Assembly: GCA_963663165.1 (NCBI GenBank) | Contig: OY760175.1 | Location: 3,712,001 to 3,776,000 of the forward strand | Origin: an uncultured Desulfospira sp. | GTDB taxonomy: Bacteria > Desulfobacterota > Desulfobacteria > Desulfobacterales > Desulfobacteraceae | DNA length: 64,000 nucleotides | Reading direction: 5' to 3' | In this document: piece by piece, positions 40,347 to 50,067 of the stretch | How positions within the stretch are numbered: the first letter of the stretch is position 1 | How the letters are laid out: each line of letters starts with the position of its first letter | Program-made: the position numbers and the translations under genes | The notes under the pieces: model-generated | What the model was told of the DNA's origin: nothing | What the model saw: only the letters and a program-made list of their open reading frames with translations | Database searches by the model: none

Positions 40347-41638
40347 GCCCTGAATTAGTAGGTATTATCGCGATTCTCATACTGATCGGTACCTTATTAT
40401 TGCGCGTCTGGATTGGTTTGGCCATGGCGTTGGTCGGTTTCTTCGGCTTCTGGTATTTAATGAACTTTGAAGCTGCGGCGGAATTACTGGTGGTGGTTCC
40501 TTACCGGGTTCTGTCAGACCATAACCTTTCTGTGATTCCCTTGTTTATTCTGATGGGGGTTCTTGTCTCTAAAACGGGGATCAGCAAAGACCTTTATAAG
40601 GCCGCCAATGCATGGATAGGGCCCGTAAAGGGGGGACTGGCAATGGCAACATGTGTGGCCTGTGCCGCGTTTGCGGCCATCTGCGGCACCAGCCTGGCCG
40701 GAACCGTTACCATGGCTCAGATTGCCGTACCGGAAATGAGAAAATTTCATTACAAAGAATCATTATCCAGTGCCTCTGTTGTTGCCGGAGGGACCCTTGG
40801 TATTCTAATTCCACCGAGTCTGGGCTTCATCATGTACGCCATTCTTACGGAGGAATCTGTCGGCATGCTGTTTATGGCCGGATTTCTGCCGGGGATACTG
40901 ATGGTGGTTTTATTCATGATCGCCATATTTTTCCTGACCATTATAGACCCCAATATAGCACCGCCCGGCCCCAAAGCGGATGTGGCCCAGAAACTGACGT
41001 CTCTTAAGCACACATGGACAATGATTGCGCTGTTTGTACTGGTGATGGGAGGGATATACGGCGGTATTTTTACGCCCACAGAAGCCGGTGCCGTGGGGGC
41101 TTTCGGTGCAATGGTGATATGTGCATTGAAAGGACAGCTCAATTTGAAAACCCTGCTGGACTCCCTCACGGATACGGTGAAAACAACGGGGATGATTGTA
41201 ACCATTGTATTAGGCGCTTTTATCTTTATGCGGTTTTTAACCATCACTCATTTGCCTTTTGCCATGGCGGAAACCATCAATTCAGTTTCTTTGCCGCGGT
41301 ATGCCATACTGGCCATAATTATAATAATTTATATCCTGCTGGGAATGATACTGGATATTATCGCAGCCATCACCCTTACGGTTCCCATTGTTCACCCTAC
41401 CATTGTCGCTTTGGGCTTTGATCCTGTCTGGTATGGGGTGGTGATGGTGATCGTCATGGAGATGGGCATGATCACGCCGCCAATCGGAATTAACGTGTTT
41501 GTCCTTTCCGGCATAACCGGCACGCCTGTAAGTGATGTTTTCAGGGGGGTGTGGCCTTTTGTAGCGGCCATGCTGGCGTGTATCATCATCCTGACGATCT
41601 TCCCGCAGATTGCGCTGTTTTTACCCAGTTTGATGTAA
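40343..41638 (+). CDS. dctM: TRAP transporter large permease
   Basis: 'IPLFILMG', 'GTLGILIPPS', 'FTPTEAGA', 'ITPPIGINVF'. Confidence 0.93.
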   Translation: MSPELVGIIAILILIGTLLLRVWIGLAMALVGFFGFWYLMNFEAAAELLVVVPYRVLSDHNLSVIPLFILMGVLVSKTGISKDLYKAANAWIGPVKGGLAMATCVACAAFAAICGTSLAGTVTMAQIAVPEMRKFHYKESLSSASVVAGGTLGILIPPSLGFIMYAILTEESVGMLFMAGFLPGILMVVLFMIAIFFLTIIDPNIAPPGPKADVAQKLTSLKHTWTMIALFVLVMGGIYGGIFTPTEAGAVGAFGAMVICALKGQLNLKTLLDSLTDTVKTTGMIVTIVLGAFIFMRFLTITHLPFAMAETINSVSLPRYAILAIIIIIYILLGMILDIIAAITLTVPIVHPTIVALGFDPVWYGVVMVIVMEMGMITPPIGINVFVLSGITGTPVSDVFRGVWPFVAAMLACIIILTIFPQIALFLPSLM

Positions 41639-41651
41639 GCGAAAAAAGACT

Positions 41652-42416
41652 ATGCCCCAATACAATAATTCCATTGAAAGGGCCGCAAGAATTCTGGCAC
41701 TGTTTACGGCGGCCCGCCCGAAATGGGGGACGTCTGAAGTTTCCCGAGAGCTTGAAATTTCAAAAACAACCACATACAACATCCTGGCGACCCTGGAGAA
41801 AACCGGATTCCTGACAAAAGATGAAGACGGCAAACGATATGGGCTCGGGCAAAAACTGTGTTCACTGGGTGCCATCACGTCCGCGAACAACCCGCTCAGT
41901 CAGAAAGCCGCCGGTTTGGTTCAGCAGCTGTCTTCAAGGCTTGGTACATCATCCCGGCTAGGGATATGGGATACGGATGCCGTCATTATTATCTTTTCCG
42001 GGTTTTCCATTAATGCACCACAGCAGCCTTCATTCCAGGCGGGGCCCAGGGTTTCGGCACACGGCACAGCCCTTGGCAAGGCCATTCTGGCCTACATGGA
42101 TACCGATGAGGTAAGCCTGTTTCTCAACCGGTCAAATTTAGTGGAATATACATCTAAAACAAAAACCCAAAGATCAGAAATCCTGGAAGATCTGCGGATG
42201 ACAAAAACAAGGGGGTACGCGATCTGCGATGAAGAGATGATGTATGGGGGCGCTGCCATTGCCGCACCGATATTCGACAGAGCCAATCGCGTTACCGCCG
42301 CCATTACGGTTTTAGGAAATGTGGAGCAGATTCTGGGTGCCGATCAAAACCGCATTATCAGTGAATTACGCTCCATTGCGATGCAAATTTCCCAAAGCAT
42401 CGGGTATGGATATTAA
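41652..42416 (+). CDS. IclR-family transcriptional regulator (paralog of 35635-36399)
   Basis: Same length (254 aa) and same N-terminus MPQYNNSIE; shared 'QAGPRV'. Confidence 0.92.
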   Translation: MPQYNNSIERAARILALFTAARPKWGTSEVSRELEISKTTTYNILATLEKTGFLTKDEDGKRYGLGQKLCSLGAITSANNPLSQKAAGLVQQLSSRLGTSSRLGIWDTDAVIIIFSGFSINAPQQPSFQAGPRVSAHGTALGKAILAYMDTDEVSLFLNRSNLVEYTSKTKTQRSEILEDLRMTKTRGYAICDEEMMYGGAAIAAPIFDRANRVTAAITVLGNVEQILGADQNRIISELRSIAMQISQSIGYGY

Positions 42417-42436
42417 CACAATCCGAAGGAGATCCC

Positions 42437-44437
42437 ATGGACGCAGCAACTCAAGATATTTCAACGAAATGGCCCTATCCCGTACGGTATGAAGAAGAAA
42501 TTGAGGACCAGGCCGATGTGCTCATCATTGGGGGCGGCATCGCCGGTTGCCATGCGGCGCTTTCCGCATTAAGAAAAGGCTCCCGTGTGATCGTCGTGGA
42601 TAAATCCGCTGTAAAAATCAGTGGGTCAGGGGGAATCGGCGTGGACCACTGGCACGGTGCCATCGGCAATCCATGCTGTACCATTACGCCTGAAGAATGG
42701 ATTGAACAGGTGGATGAATACGACTATAAAGTCACCTCCGAATTCGGACTCGGTCCTGTTTGTTATATTCTGGGAAAGGAAAGCTATGACGCCATGGTGG
42801 AGGTTGAAGAACTGGGCGCCCAGGTCCGGGATGAAAACGACGTGTTCAAAGGGGCTGATTTCAGAGATGATAAAACAAAATTGATGTTCGCTTATGACTA
42901 TGACGGAAAACACTGCGTTCGGGTCTTTGGATCCGGAATCAAAGCCGCCTTGTACAAGGGGTTAAAAAAAGCCGGTGTCAAATTTTATGAGCATGTCATG
43001 GTAACCGGACTGCTCAATGAGAACGGGAAACAGGGAAACCGTGTGGTGGGGGCCACGGGTGTTAACGTCCGTACCGGGGAATTCATCGTTTTCAAGGCAA
43101 AGGCCACGGTGATCAGTTCAGGACGCGCCAATCATATCTGGAATTTTTCAACGGAAAAGGTCGGATTAGGCGAGTCGCCGGGCGACCCCAACTGCGCCGG
43201 TGACGGCTTTGTGATGGCCTACCGGGCCGGAGCGGAACTCACAATGATGGAAGCCAGCCTCCCTGTCACGAGCCCTGGTTTTTTTCCAAGATACGGCCAA
43301 GGGAATTCCCATAACACATGGTATGCATGCACATTGGTGGATGCCAACGGAAAAGAGATCCCCTGGGTAGACCGGGATGGAAACCAATTGGAAACCGTTT
43401 CTCAGCGATACCGGACCCAGCCTGGGCAAAAATTTTTTTTATTTTCACGCCACTATCCGTTCATGCCGTTTAAATACCGTGGTCCCTCAATGATTCTTGA
43501 TCTTGAAAAAAGGATCATGAGCGGTGAATTTACCCTGCCGCTATACGCAGACCTGCCGGGAATGCCGGAACACGAGCGCCGGGCCATATTTGGCCTCATG
43601 GTGGGGAATGAGGGCAAAAGCCGGATCCCTGTCTATGATGTGTACACCAAGGCAGGATTTGATCCGGACAAAGACCTGCTCCAGAACCGGGCCCTTCCGG
43701 TTGAGTGCCTGAAAGGCCAGAAGCCGGAACCCAAGGTAAAACTGGCACCGCAGCCCAGGAATTTCGGATTTGTGGGGGGGTACGGGGGGCTGGTGTTTGA
43801 CTGGGACTTGAAGACCACACTGGACGGGCTTTATGTTGCAGGAGAACCTTTGGCCGGAGGTGCCAATTACGCAGCGTCTGTCACGTCCGGACGATATGCC
43901 GGCAGAAAAGCCGCACAATACGCTATGGGCAATAGTAACGATTCCCAAATCTCCAGAGAACAAGTGGAAAATGAAAAGAAACGGGCCTATGAACCGATCA
44001 AGCGGACAGAGGGGATGGGATGGAAGGAATTTCAGACCGGATTATGCCGAATCATGCAGGAATACTGCGGTGAATACAAAACCAAAGAGACTCTGGACCT
44101 GGCAGGACAATGGTTATCCAATATCCGTGACAGCGAGGCGTCAACTGTTTTAGCCAGAAATCCCCACGAATTACAGCGCTCCTTAGAGGTCCTGATCAGC
44201 CTTGAAATGAGCCAGGTCATTGTTCAGGCGTCACTGGCGAGAAAGGCCAGCAGTTATGATTTGGGATTTAACCGGATCGACTATCCAAACGTCGATCCTG
44301 ATGAATGGAAAAAATATCTTACCATCAAATCTGAAAACGGGCAGACCGTATATGGAGAACTGCCGCTCAACTACTGGTTAAAACCGCCTTATGCCCCAAC
44401 CTATGCCGAAAACTATGAAAAACATTGTTCGCTATAG
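42437..44437 (+). CDS. Second AprA/AsfA-like flavoprotein
   Basis: 'DVLIIGGGIAG', 'DKSAVKISGSGGIGVDH', 'GDGFVMAYRAGA', 'TTLDGLYVAGE', 'RIDYP'. Confidence 0.85.
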   Translation: MDAATQDISTKWPYPVRYEEEIEDQADVLIIGGGIAGCHAALSALRKGSRVIVVDKSAVKISGSGGIGVDHWHGAIGNPCCTITPEEWIEQVDEYDYKVTSEFGLGPVCYILGKESYDAMVEVEELGAQVRDENDVFKGADFRDDKTKLMFAYDYDGKHCVRVFGSGIKAALYKGLKKAGVKFYEHVMVTGLLNENGKQGNRVVGATGVNVRTGEFIVFKAKATVISSGRANHIWNFSTEKVGLGESPGDPNCAGDGFVMAYRAGAELTMMEASLPVTSPGFFPRYGQGNSHNTWYACTLVDANGKEIPWVDRDGNQLETVSQRYRTQPGQKFFLFSRHYPFMPFKYRGPSMILDLEKRIMSGEFTLPLYADLPGMPEHERRAIFGLMVGNEGKSRIPVYDVYTKAGFDPDKDLLQNRALPVECLKGQKPEPKVKLAPQPRNFGFVGGYGGLVFDWDLKTTLDGLYVAGEPLAGGANYAASVTSGRYAGRKAAQYAMGNSNDSQISREQVENEKKRAYEPIKRTEGMGWKEFQTGLCRIMQEYCGEYKTKETLDLAGQWLSNIRDSEASTVLARNPHELQRSLEVLISLEMSQVIVQASLARKASSYDLGFNRIDYPNVDPDEWKKYLTIKSENGQTVYGELPLNYWLKPPYAPTYAENYEKHCSL

Positions 44438-44473
44438 GCCTTTTTTTGCCAAGAATAAAATGAGGAAAATCAG

Positions 44474-44812
44474 ATGACACATATAGCTTATGCGGTCCCG
44501 AATACGGCGACTTTAGGTCAGACCATTGTCATTGACCCGGAATATTGCGTTGGATGTAACGCCTGTGTAGATGCGTGCCGATGCCAGGTTTTTTTGCCCG
44601 GCCCGGTCAAAGGCGGCCCGCCGGTGATCATGTACCCTGACGAATGCTGGTTATGCGGGTGCTGCGTTGAGTCCTGCCGGCAGGAAGATGCCATCCGCTT
44701 TGTGCATACCTTAAGCCAACGGGTCAACTGGAAGCGGAAAGATACCGGAGCATTTTACAGAATCGGCATGTGCAATCCACCGCCGCCCAATACCAAGCCG
44801 TTGGTTCGGTAA
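44474..44812 (+). CDS. 2x[4Fe-4S] ferredoxin with C-terminal tail (AprB-like)
   Basis: CVGCNACVDAC and YPDECWLCGCCVESC. Confidence 0.88.
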   Translation: MTHIAYAVPNTATLGQTIVIDPEYCVGCNACVDACRCQVFLPGPVKGGPPVIMYPDECWLCGCCVESCRQEDAIRFVHTLSQRVNWKRKDTGAFYRIGMCNPPPPNTKPLVR

Positions 44813-44908
44813 TTTCATCCGCGCATTGGCGTGTTGGAATAAGCAGATTCCCTGCAACCACCCCGGTGACTGGCCCGGGTTAACTTAAAATAATACATAA
44901 CTTCAATA

Positions 44909-44993
44909 AAATGTAGGGATTTAGGCTGAAGGGGTTTAGGGCTGTGCATCCCTTCAGCCTAACCACCTTCAGCCTAATTACCTTTTCTACATT
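44909..44993. repeat. Heptamer-repeat hairpin (GGCTGAA type), same family as 14766-14854
   Basis: ggatttaggctgaaggggtttagg...ccttcagcctaaccaccttcagcctaa; flanked by a 21-bp direct repeat at 44855 and 45026. Confidence 0.8.
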
Positions 44994-45142
44994 AAATTTA
45001 CTAACGATATCCCAATGTCATAATCCAATCACCCCGGTGACCGGCCGGGCAGGCGTTGCATTTTTTCTTAACGGCTGATAAGATGCCGCATCTTTTGTTC
45101 GTTACCAGCGTTTAATTCAACAGGCAAAAAAGGAGAGCGATA

Positions 45143-46117
45143 ATGAAACATCATTTGTTTGTTCTGATACCCGCCCTTGTATCTTTACTATTGCTGCCCG
45201 GACTCTGCATGGCCGAACCATCCGGAAAACTGATCATTTTCCATGCCGGCAGCCTGACCGTCCCCTTTGCAGACATTGAAAAGGCCTTTGAAGCCGCATA
45301 CCCAGAGGTGGACGTTCTCCGGGAAGCCGGGGGCAGCACCAAAATGGCCCGGTTGATCTCAGAGGTGGGAAAGCCGGCCGACATCATGGCCTCTGCCGAC
45401 TATACGGTCATTGACAACAACCTGATCCCCGGCTTTGCCCAGTGGAATGTCCGGTTTGCCAGCAACCAGCTGGTGTTGTGCTATACGGAAAACAGCCGGT
45501 CCGCCGATAAAGTCAACAGCGATAACTGGTATGAAATCCTGGCTGAAAAAGGCGTGGAATGGGGGCACTCGGACCCGAACCTGGACCCCTGCGGCTACCG
45601 CAGCCTCATGGTCCTTCAACTGGCTGAAAAATTCTATAATATTCCCGGCCTTTACGACAAGCTTCTGGCCAACCGCCCCCAAAAGAATGTGCGGCCCAAA
45701 TCCGTGGAACTGGTGAACCTGCTTAAAACCGGCCACATGGATTATGCCTGGGAATATCTGTCCGTGGCCATCCAGCACGAACTTAAGTATGTTACCTTGA
45801 ACGATCACATCAACCTGGGCAATTATAAATACGACGAATTCTACAAACAGGCCGCCGTTGAGGTCACCGGGAAAAAACCGGGCACCTTCACCACCAAAAA
45901 GGGAAAATCCTGCACCTATGGGATTACCATGATTAAAGATGCGCCCAACCCCGAAGCGGCCCAGGCATTTCTGGCCTTTTTGCTCTCCCCGGACAAGGGA
46001 TTGAAAACCCTTAAAGAAATGGGGCAGCCCCCGTTTATCCCGGCCCGGGTACCCACCGATGAAATGGCAAAGAAACTGCCGGCCGCCATTTCAGGGCTTG
46101 TAGAGGTCAAAAACTGA
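45143..46117 (+). CDS. wtpA: Tungstate/molybdate ABC transporter substrate-binding protein
   Basis: 'IFHAGSL', '[12 protein letters not shown]', 'YAWEYLSVA'. Confidence 0.9.
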   Translation: MKHHLFVLIPALVSLLLLPGLCMAEPSGKLIIFHAGSLTVPFADIEKAFEAAYPEVDVLREAGGSTKMARLISEVGKPADIMASADYTVIDNNLIPGFAQWNVRFASNQLVLCYTENSRSADKVNSDNWYEILAEKGVEWGHSDPNLDPCGYRSLMVLQLAEKFYNIPGLYDKLLANRPQKNVRPKSVELVNLLKTGHMDYAWEYLSVAIQHELKYVTLNDHINLGNYKYDEFYKQAAVEVTGKKPGTFTTKKGKSCTYGITMIKDAPNPEAAQAFLAFLLSPDKGLKTLKEMGQPPFIPARVPTDEMAKKLPAAISGLVEVKN

Positions 46118-46120
46118 TTG

Positions 46121-46909
46121 ATGGGTAAACCCGACCGTATGGGCAGGCTGTTCATGATGTTCAGCCTGCCTGTGATTTTGTTTTTAACCGTTCCCCTGAT
46201 CAAGATGATCACCGGGCCCACCCCTGGCCTGCTCTTTGAGACCCTGGCGGATAAAGATGTGCTGGCCGCCATTGCCCGCTCCCTTGGGCTCTCTCTTGCG
46301 GCAGGCGTACTTGCCTTTGGACTTGGGACCCCGTTAAGCTATCTTCTGGCCAGAAAAGAGTTTTGGGGCAAAAAAATCATTGAGGGCATTATTGACCTGC
46401 CCGTGATGATTCCCCACCCCGTGGTGGGCATTGCCATTTTAAGCCTGGCCGGACGGACCCATCCCTTTGGAAAATTTTTGTCCAGTATCGGCATTCAGAT
46501 CATGGGAACCCAGACCGGGATTATCACGGTGCTGGTGTTTGTGGGCATCCCTTTCTATGTCAACACGGTAAAGGCCGGGTTTGAAAGTGTGCCCATCCGC
46601 CTTGAATACGCATCAAGGACCCTTGGGGCCGGCACCTTTGAAACCTTCCGGCGGATCACCCTGCCCCTGACCTGGCGGCACATGGTTTTGGGCATCATCA
46701 TGTGTACGGCCCGGGCCATTTCCGAATTCGGGGCCGTGGTGATCGTGGCCTACCACCCCATGACCGCACCGGTGATGATTTACGAGCGGTTCACCGCCTA
46801 TGGCCTGAAATATTCCCAGCCCGTGGCGGTTTGGCTGATTCTGTTGTCCCTGCTCCTTTTCATTGTCTTGAGAATGCTGTCCAGATCTGCTGTCCAATAT
46901 CACAGGTAA
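46121..46909 (+). CDS. wtpB: Tungstate/molybdate ABC permease
   Basis: 'IIDLPVMIPHPVVGIA', 'ARAISEFGA'. Confidence 0.88.
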   Translation: MGKPDRMGRLFMMFSLPVILFLTVPLIKMITGPTPGLLFETLADKDVLAAIARSLGLSLAAGVLAFGLGTPLSYLLARKEFWGKKIIEGIIDLPVMIPHPVVGIAILSLAGRTHPFGKFLSSIGIQIMGTQTGIITVLVFVGIPFYVNTVKAGFESVPIRLEYASRTLGAGTFETFRRITLPLTWRHMVLGIIMCTARAISEFGAVVIVAYHPMTAPVMIYERFTAYGLKYSQPVAVWLILLSLLLFIVLRMLSRSAVQYHR

Positions 46910-46912
46910 GCC

Positions 46913-47977
46913 ATGATCCGTCTTGACCACATCAACCTTTCCTTTCCCGGATTCTCCCTTGAAAACATCAACCTGGATATCCGGGAAAAGGATTTTTTCG
47001 CCCTGATCGGCCCCACCGGCTCGGGCAAGTCCCTGGTGCTGGAAATCATCATGGGCCTGGTCTCCTTTTCTTCAGGGAATTTGTTGTTCAAAGACCAGGA
47101 TCTGGGGCGGGTGCCGGTCGAAAAAAGACAGCTGGCCCTGGTTTATCAGGATTTTGCCCTGTTTCCCCACCTTACGGTGGCCGGCAATATCCTCTACGGC
47201 ATCCGGTATCACGGCATTGAAAAAGGCCAGGGCCGCCAGCGCCTCAAGCATCTGGCAACCACCCTGGGGCTGGAAAGGATTCTTGGCCGAAAGCCCCACA
47301 ACCTAAGCGGCGGGGAAAAACAGCGGGCGGCCCTGGCCCGGGCTTTGATCCTGAACCCCGCGGTTCTGCTGCTGGATGAGCCCTTATCTGCCCTGGACCC
47401 GGAATTCCATGCTGAAGCCAAGAACCTTCTCAAACAGATCCACCAGGACATGGACATGACCATTGTCATGGTCTCCCACAATTTCAGCGACGTTATGTAC
47501 CTGGCCAACCGGGGGGCGGTGATCCACCAGGGCCGCATCTGCCAGACCGGGGATATCACCACCCTGTTTGAAAAACCCGACTCCCTGTTCACGGCCCGGT
47601 TTGTGGGCATGAAAAATATTATGCCGGCCCGGGCCGCCAATGGAAAACTTCGCATAGAAGGCTCAGACGCCATTATGGCAACCAGCACCCATGGCCCCGG
47701 CACAATACAGGGCTGCATGGGAATCCGGCCCGAAGATATTGTGTTTATCCCCGAGGGTGCCCCATTCTCCGGAAACCCTGCCAACCGGTTTCAAGGGACC
47801 ATCACCCATATCGCAAATCAGGGCATGTTTGTGGAACTTCACATGGCCGCCTGCGGGCTCACCTTTGAAGCGGCCTGGCCCCGGCGGTATTTAAAGGACC
47901 ATCATCTGGATATCGGCCGGCAGGTCAGCTTTGCCGTAGCGCCGGAAGCCGTGCATGTGATCCCGGCATCCCCATAA
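46913..47977 (+). CDS. wtpC: Tungstate/molybdate ABC ATPase with TOBE tail
   Basis: GPTGSGKS, LSGGEKQR, LLLDEPLSALD. Confidence 0.88.
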   Translation: MIRLDHINLSFPGFSLENINLDIREKDFFALIGPTGSGKSLVLEIIMGLVSFSSGNLLFKDQDLGRVPVEKRQLALVYQDFALFPHLTVAGNILYGIRYHGIEKGQGRQRLKHLATTLGLERILGRKPHNLSGGEKQRAALARALILNPAVLLLDEPLSALDPEFHAEAKNLLKQIHQDMDMTIVMVSHNFSDVMYLANRGAVIHQGRICQTGDITTLFEKPDSLFTARFVGMKNIMPARAANGKLRIEGSDAIMATSTHGPGTIQGCMGIRPEDIVFIPEGAPFSGNPANRFQGTITHIANQGMFVELHMAACGLTFEAAWPRRYLKDHHLDIGRQVSFAVAPEAVHVIPASP

Positions 47978-48074
47978 ACCTTTCTTAAATATTGCTTCCC
48001 TCAGGGCAAATTAATCTGGTATAGGTGATTAGATTTTATCCAACCTTTAACAGCAATTGTAATCATCTGGACCC

Positions 48075-48962
48075 ATGAACACCAGCACACCAGCACATTC
48101 TGCCAAATTGAATTTATCCCGGTCTCCGGTGCCAAAAGGAGAAGTCTGGCTTGGCACTGAGTTTATGGCCAAAGCAGGCCTTCAAGATACCCTTGACAAT
48201 CACCTTAAAATTGCTGAACAGCTCGGGCAGGATATCGTCTGCCTTCCGGTTGCCCTGGACACCAGCAGCAAACCGCCACTGGGATACCGGTATTTTACCC
48301 CGGATGATATCCGGACGGCCGCTGCAGGCAGCCGCCGGTTTATTGCCGCTGCCGTTGACGGCCCTTTCCAGGAGCTGGTGAACCAAAAGGGACTGATGGC
48401 GGTTTTGACCGGATGGATCAGTGATCGTGACGCACTGCAGGATGCCTATGCCGCCGAACAGGAAAAAACCATGGCGTTAATTCAAGAAAGCATGGAAAAC
48501 GGTGCTGACGCTATCATTATCATGGATGACCTTTCCGGAGACCAGGGGCCCATGATCAGCCCTGATGATATCGACATGATGTGTTCCGGCTTTTATGAAG
48601 CAGCGGCAAACCGGGTCCATGGTGCCGACAGGCTTGTGCTGCTTCATTGCTGTGGAAAAATCACCGGGCTTGCCAGGGTAATCGGCAAATGGCAGCTCGA
48701 CGGCTTTGCCGCAGTTCAACATCAGGCCAATGATCTGGTTCACCTTCAGTCGCTTTTTCCCTCATGCATTCTTATGGCAGGGATAGACGGGAATCTTCTT
48801 GAAGGCCCCCTGACCGATGCAGCACAGGACGAATTTAGAACCCTGACCCAACAACTGCTCAAAACCGGCCGCTTCATTCTCAGCTCTGCCTGCGGACTCT
48901 ACAGCGGCACCTTTTTTGAAAGAATCCGGCACCTGTATAAAATTGCCGACCAGCAGATTTAA
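48075..48962 (+). CDS. Uroporphyrinogen decarboxylase-fold protein (MtaA/CmuA-like, divergent)
   Basis: 'IIIMDDL...PMISP', 'LHCCG', 'MAGID', 'FILSSACG'. Confidence 0.75.
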   Translation: MNTSTPAHSAKLNLSRSPVPKGEVWLGTEFMAKAGLQDTLDNHLKIAEQLGQDIVCLPVALDTSSKPPLGYRYFTPDDIRTAAAGSRRFIAAAVDGPFQELVNQKGLMAVLTGWISDRDALQDAYAAEQEKTMALIQESMENGADAIIIMDDLSGDQGPMISPDDIDMMCSGFYEAAANRVHGADRLVLLHCCGKITGLARVIGKWQLDGFAAVQHQANDLVHLQSLFPSCILMAGIDGNLLEGPLTDAAQDEFRTLTQQLLKTGRFILSSACGLYSGTFFERIRHLYKIADQQI

Positions 48963-49223
48963 ATTCTTGGCTGCCCTTCTGACGACAGGTCCATGATCTT
49001 TTGACCCTACCGGATGCCTTCCATTCCGTGGTGCAATGTCCGGATTAATGCCTGAATAGTTACAAACTATCTATTATTTTTTGTAACACCGGGCAACATC
49101 CCCCCTCTCATAATCTATATATATATAAATACGCAGATCAACCCCAACAAGCCTTGTATTTATGGGGTGATCACCCTAATTATGGCTAAATTTACGCCAT
49201 ATTTCTACGTCCGTTAAAAATCC

Positions 49224-49255
49224 CTTGACAGAGTTATATAGATAACTTTATATAT
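49224..49255 (+). promoter_or_regulatory. Promoter/operator copy 1 (TTGACA plus palindrome AGTTAT-N4-ATAACT)
   Basis: 31/32 identical to the reverse complement of 56740-56771. Confidence 0.8.
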
Positions 49256-49324
49256 GTTTAATATACCACAACCATAGGCTAACCCGCTTTCCGAAACAGA
49301 CCAATAAATAGAAAGGAATCTATA

Positions 49325-49957
49325 ATGTTTAATGATTTAATAAATGCGGTGACCGGCATGAAGGAACAGGAAGCACTTGCCATCACAAAAGAGCTGCTGG
49401 ACAACAACGCCGATCCTGTGGGCTTGCTGGATGCCTGTACCCAGGCAATGGAGACGATTGGAGAAAAATTTGAAGCCGGTGTTTATTTCCTTCCTGAACT
49501 GATGATGGCCGGTGAAATGCTCAAACAGATTTCCGATATTGTCAAACCCATGATCAAAACCCGGACAAAAAACGAAAACGCCGGCAAAGTTCTCATTGGG
49601 ACCGTCCAGGGAGACATTCATGACATTGGGAAAGACATCGTTACCTTTCTTCTGGATGTAAACGGCTTTAATGTCCGTGATATCGGAATCGACGTCCCGC
49701 CGGAAACCTTTGTAAAGGAAATCCAGGATTTCAAGCCCCAGATTGTCGGCATGAGCGGCCTCCTTACCCTGGCCTACGATGCCATGAAAGATACGGTTGC
49801 CGCCATAGATAAAGCCGGGTTGCGAAATGATATCAAAATTATCATCGGCGGCGGCCAGATGAGTGATAAAATTGCTGACTACGCCGGGGCGGATGCCTGC
49901 GCAAAAGACGCAATGGACGGCATCAACACGATTAAAAAATGGGTTGCCAACGCATAA
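49325..49957 (+). CDS. Corrinoid (B12-binding) methyl-carrier protein
   Basis: Cap 'YFLPELMMAGE', 'GTVQGDIHDIGK', 'SGLLT', 'IIGGG'. Confidence 0.92.
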   Translation: MFNDLINAVTGMKEQEALAITKELLDNNADPVGLLDACTQAMETIGEKFEAGVYFLPELMMAGEMLKQISDIVKPMIKTRTKNENAGKVLIGTVQGDIHDIGKDIVTFLLDVNGFNVRDIGIDVPPETFVKEIQDFKPQIVGMSGLLTLAYDAMKDTVAAIDKAGLRNDIKIIIGGGQMSDKIADYAGADACAKDAMDGINTIKKWVANA

Positions 49958-50067
49958 AGGCCGCCATGTCTGCGGGCAGGGTTACCAAGGCCGAAAACCA
50001 CGATTGACATTTTAAAAGAATCACAGGGTCTATTGTTAAACGATCCCATAAAGGAACCCATCAGCAA

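Noticed and set aside
37804..44812. Canonical dissimilatory aprAB or sdh/frd operon
   Set aside because: Signature motifs and partner genes (qmo, sat, sdhBC) are absent
14766..44993. CRISPR array or DGR interpretation of the repeats
   Set aside because: No regularly spaced identical repeats with unique spacers, no cas or reverse transcriptase gene, and no TR/VR pair seen
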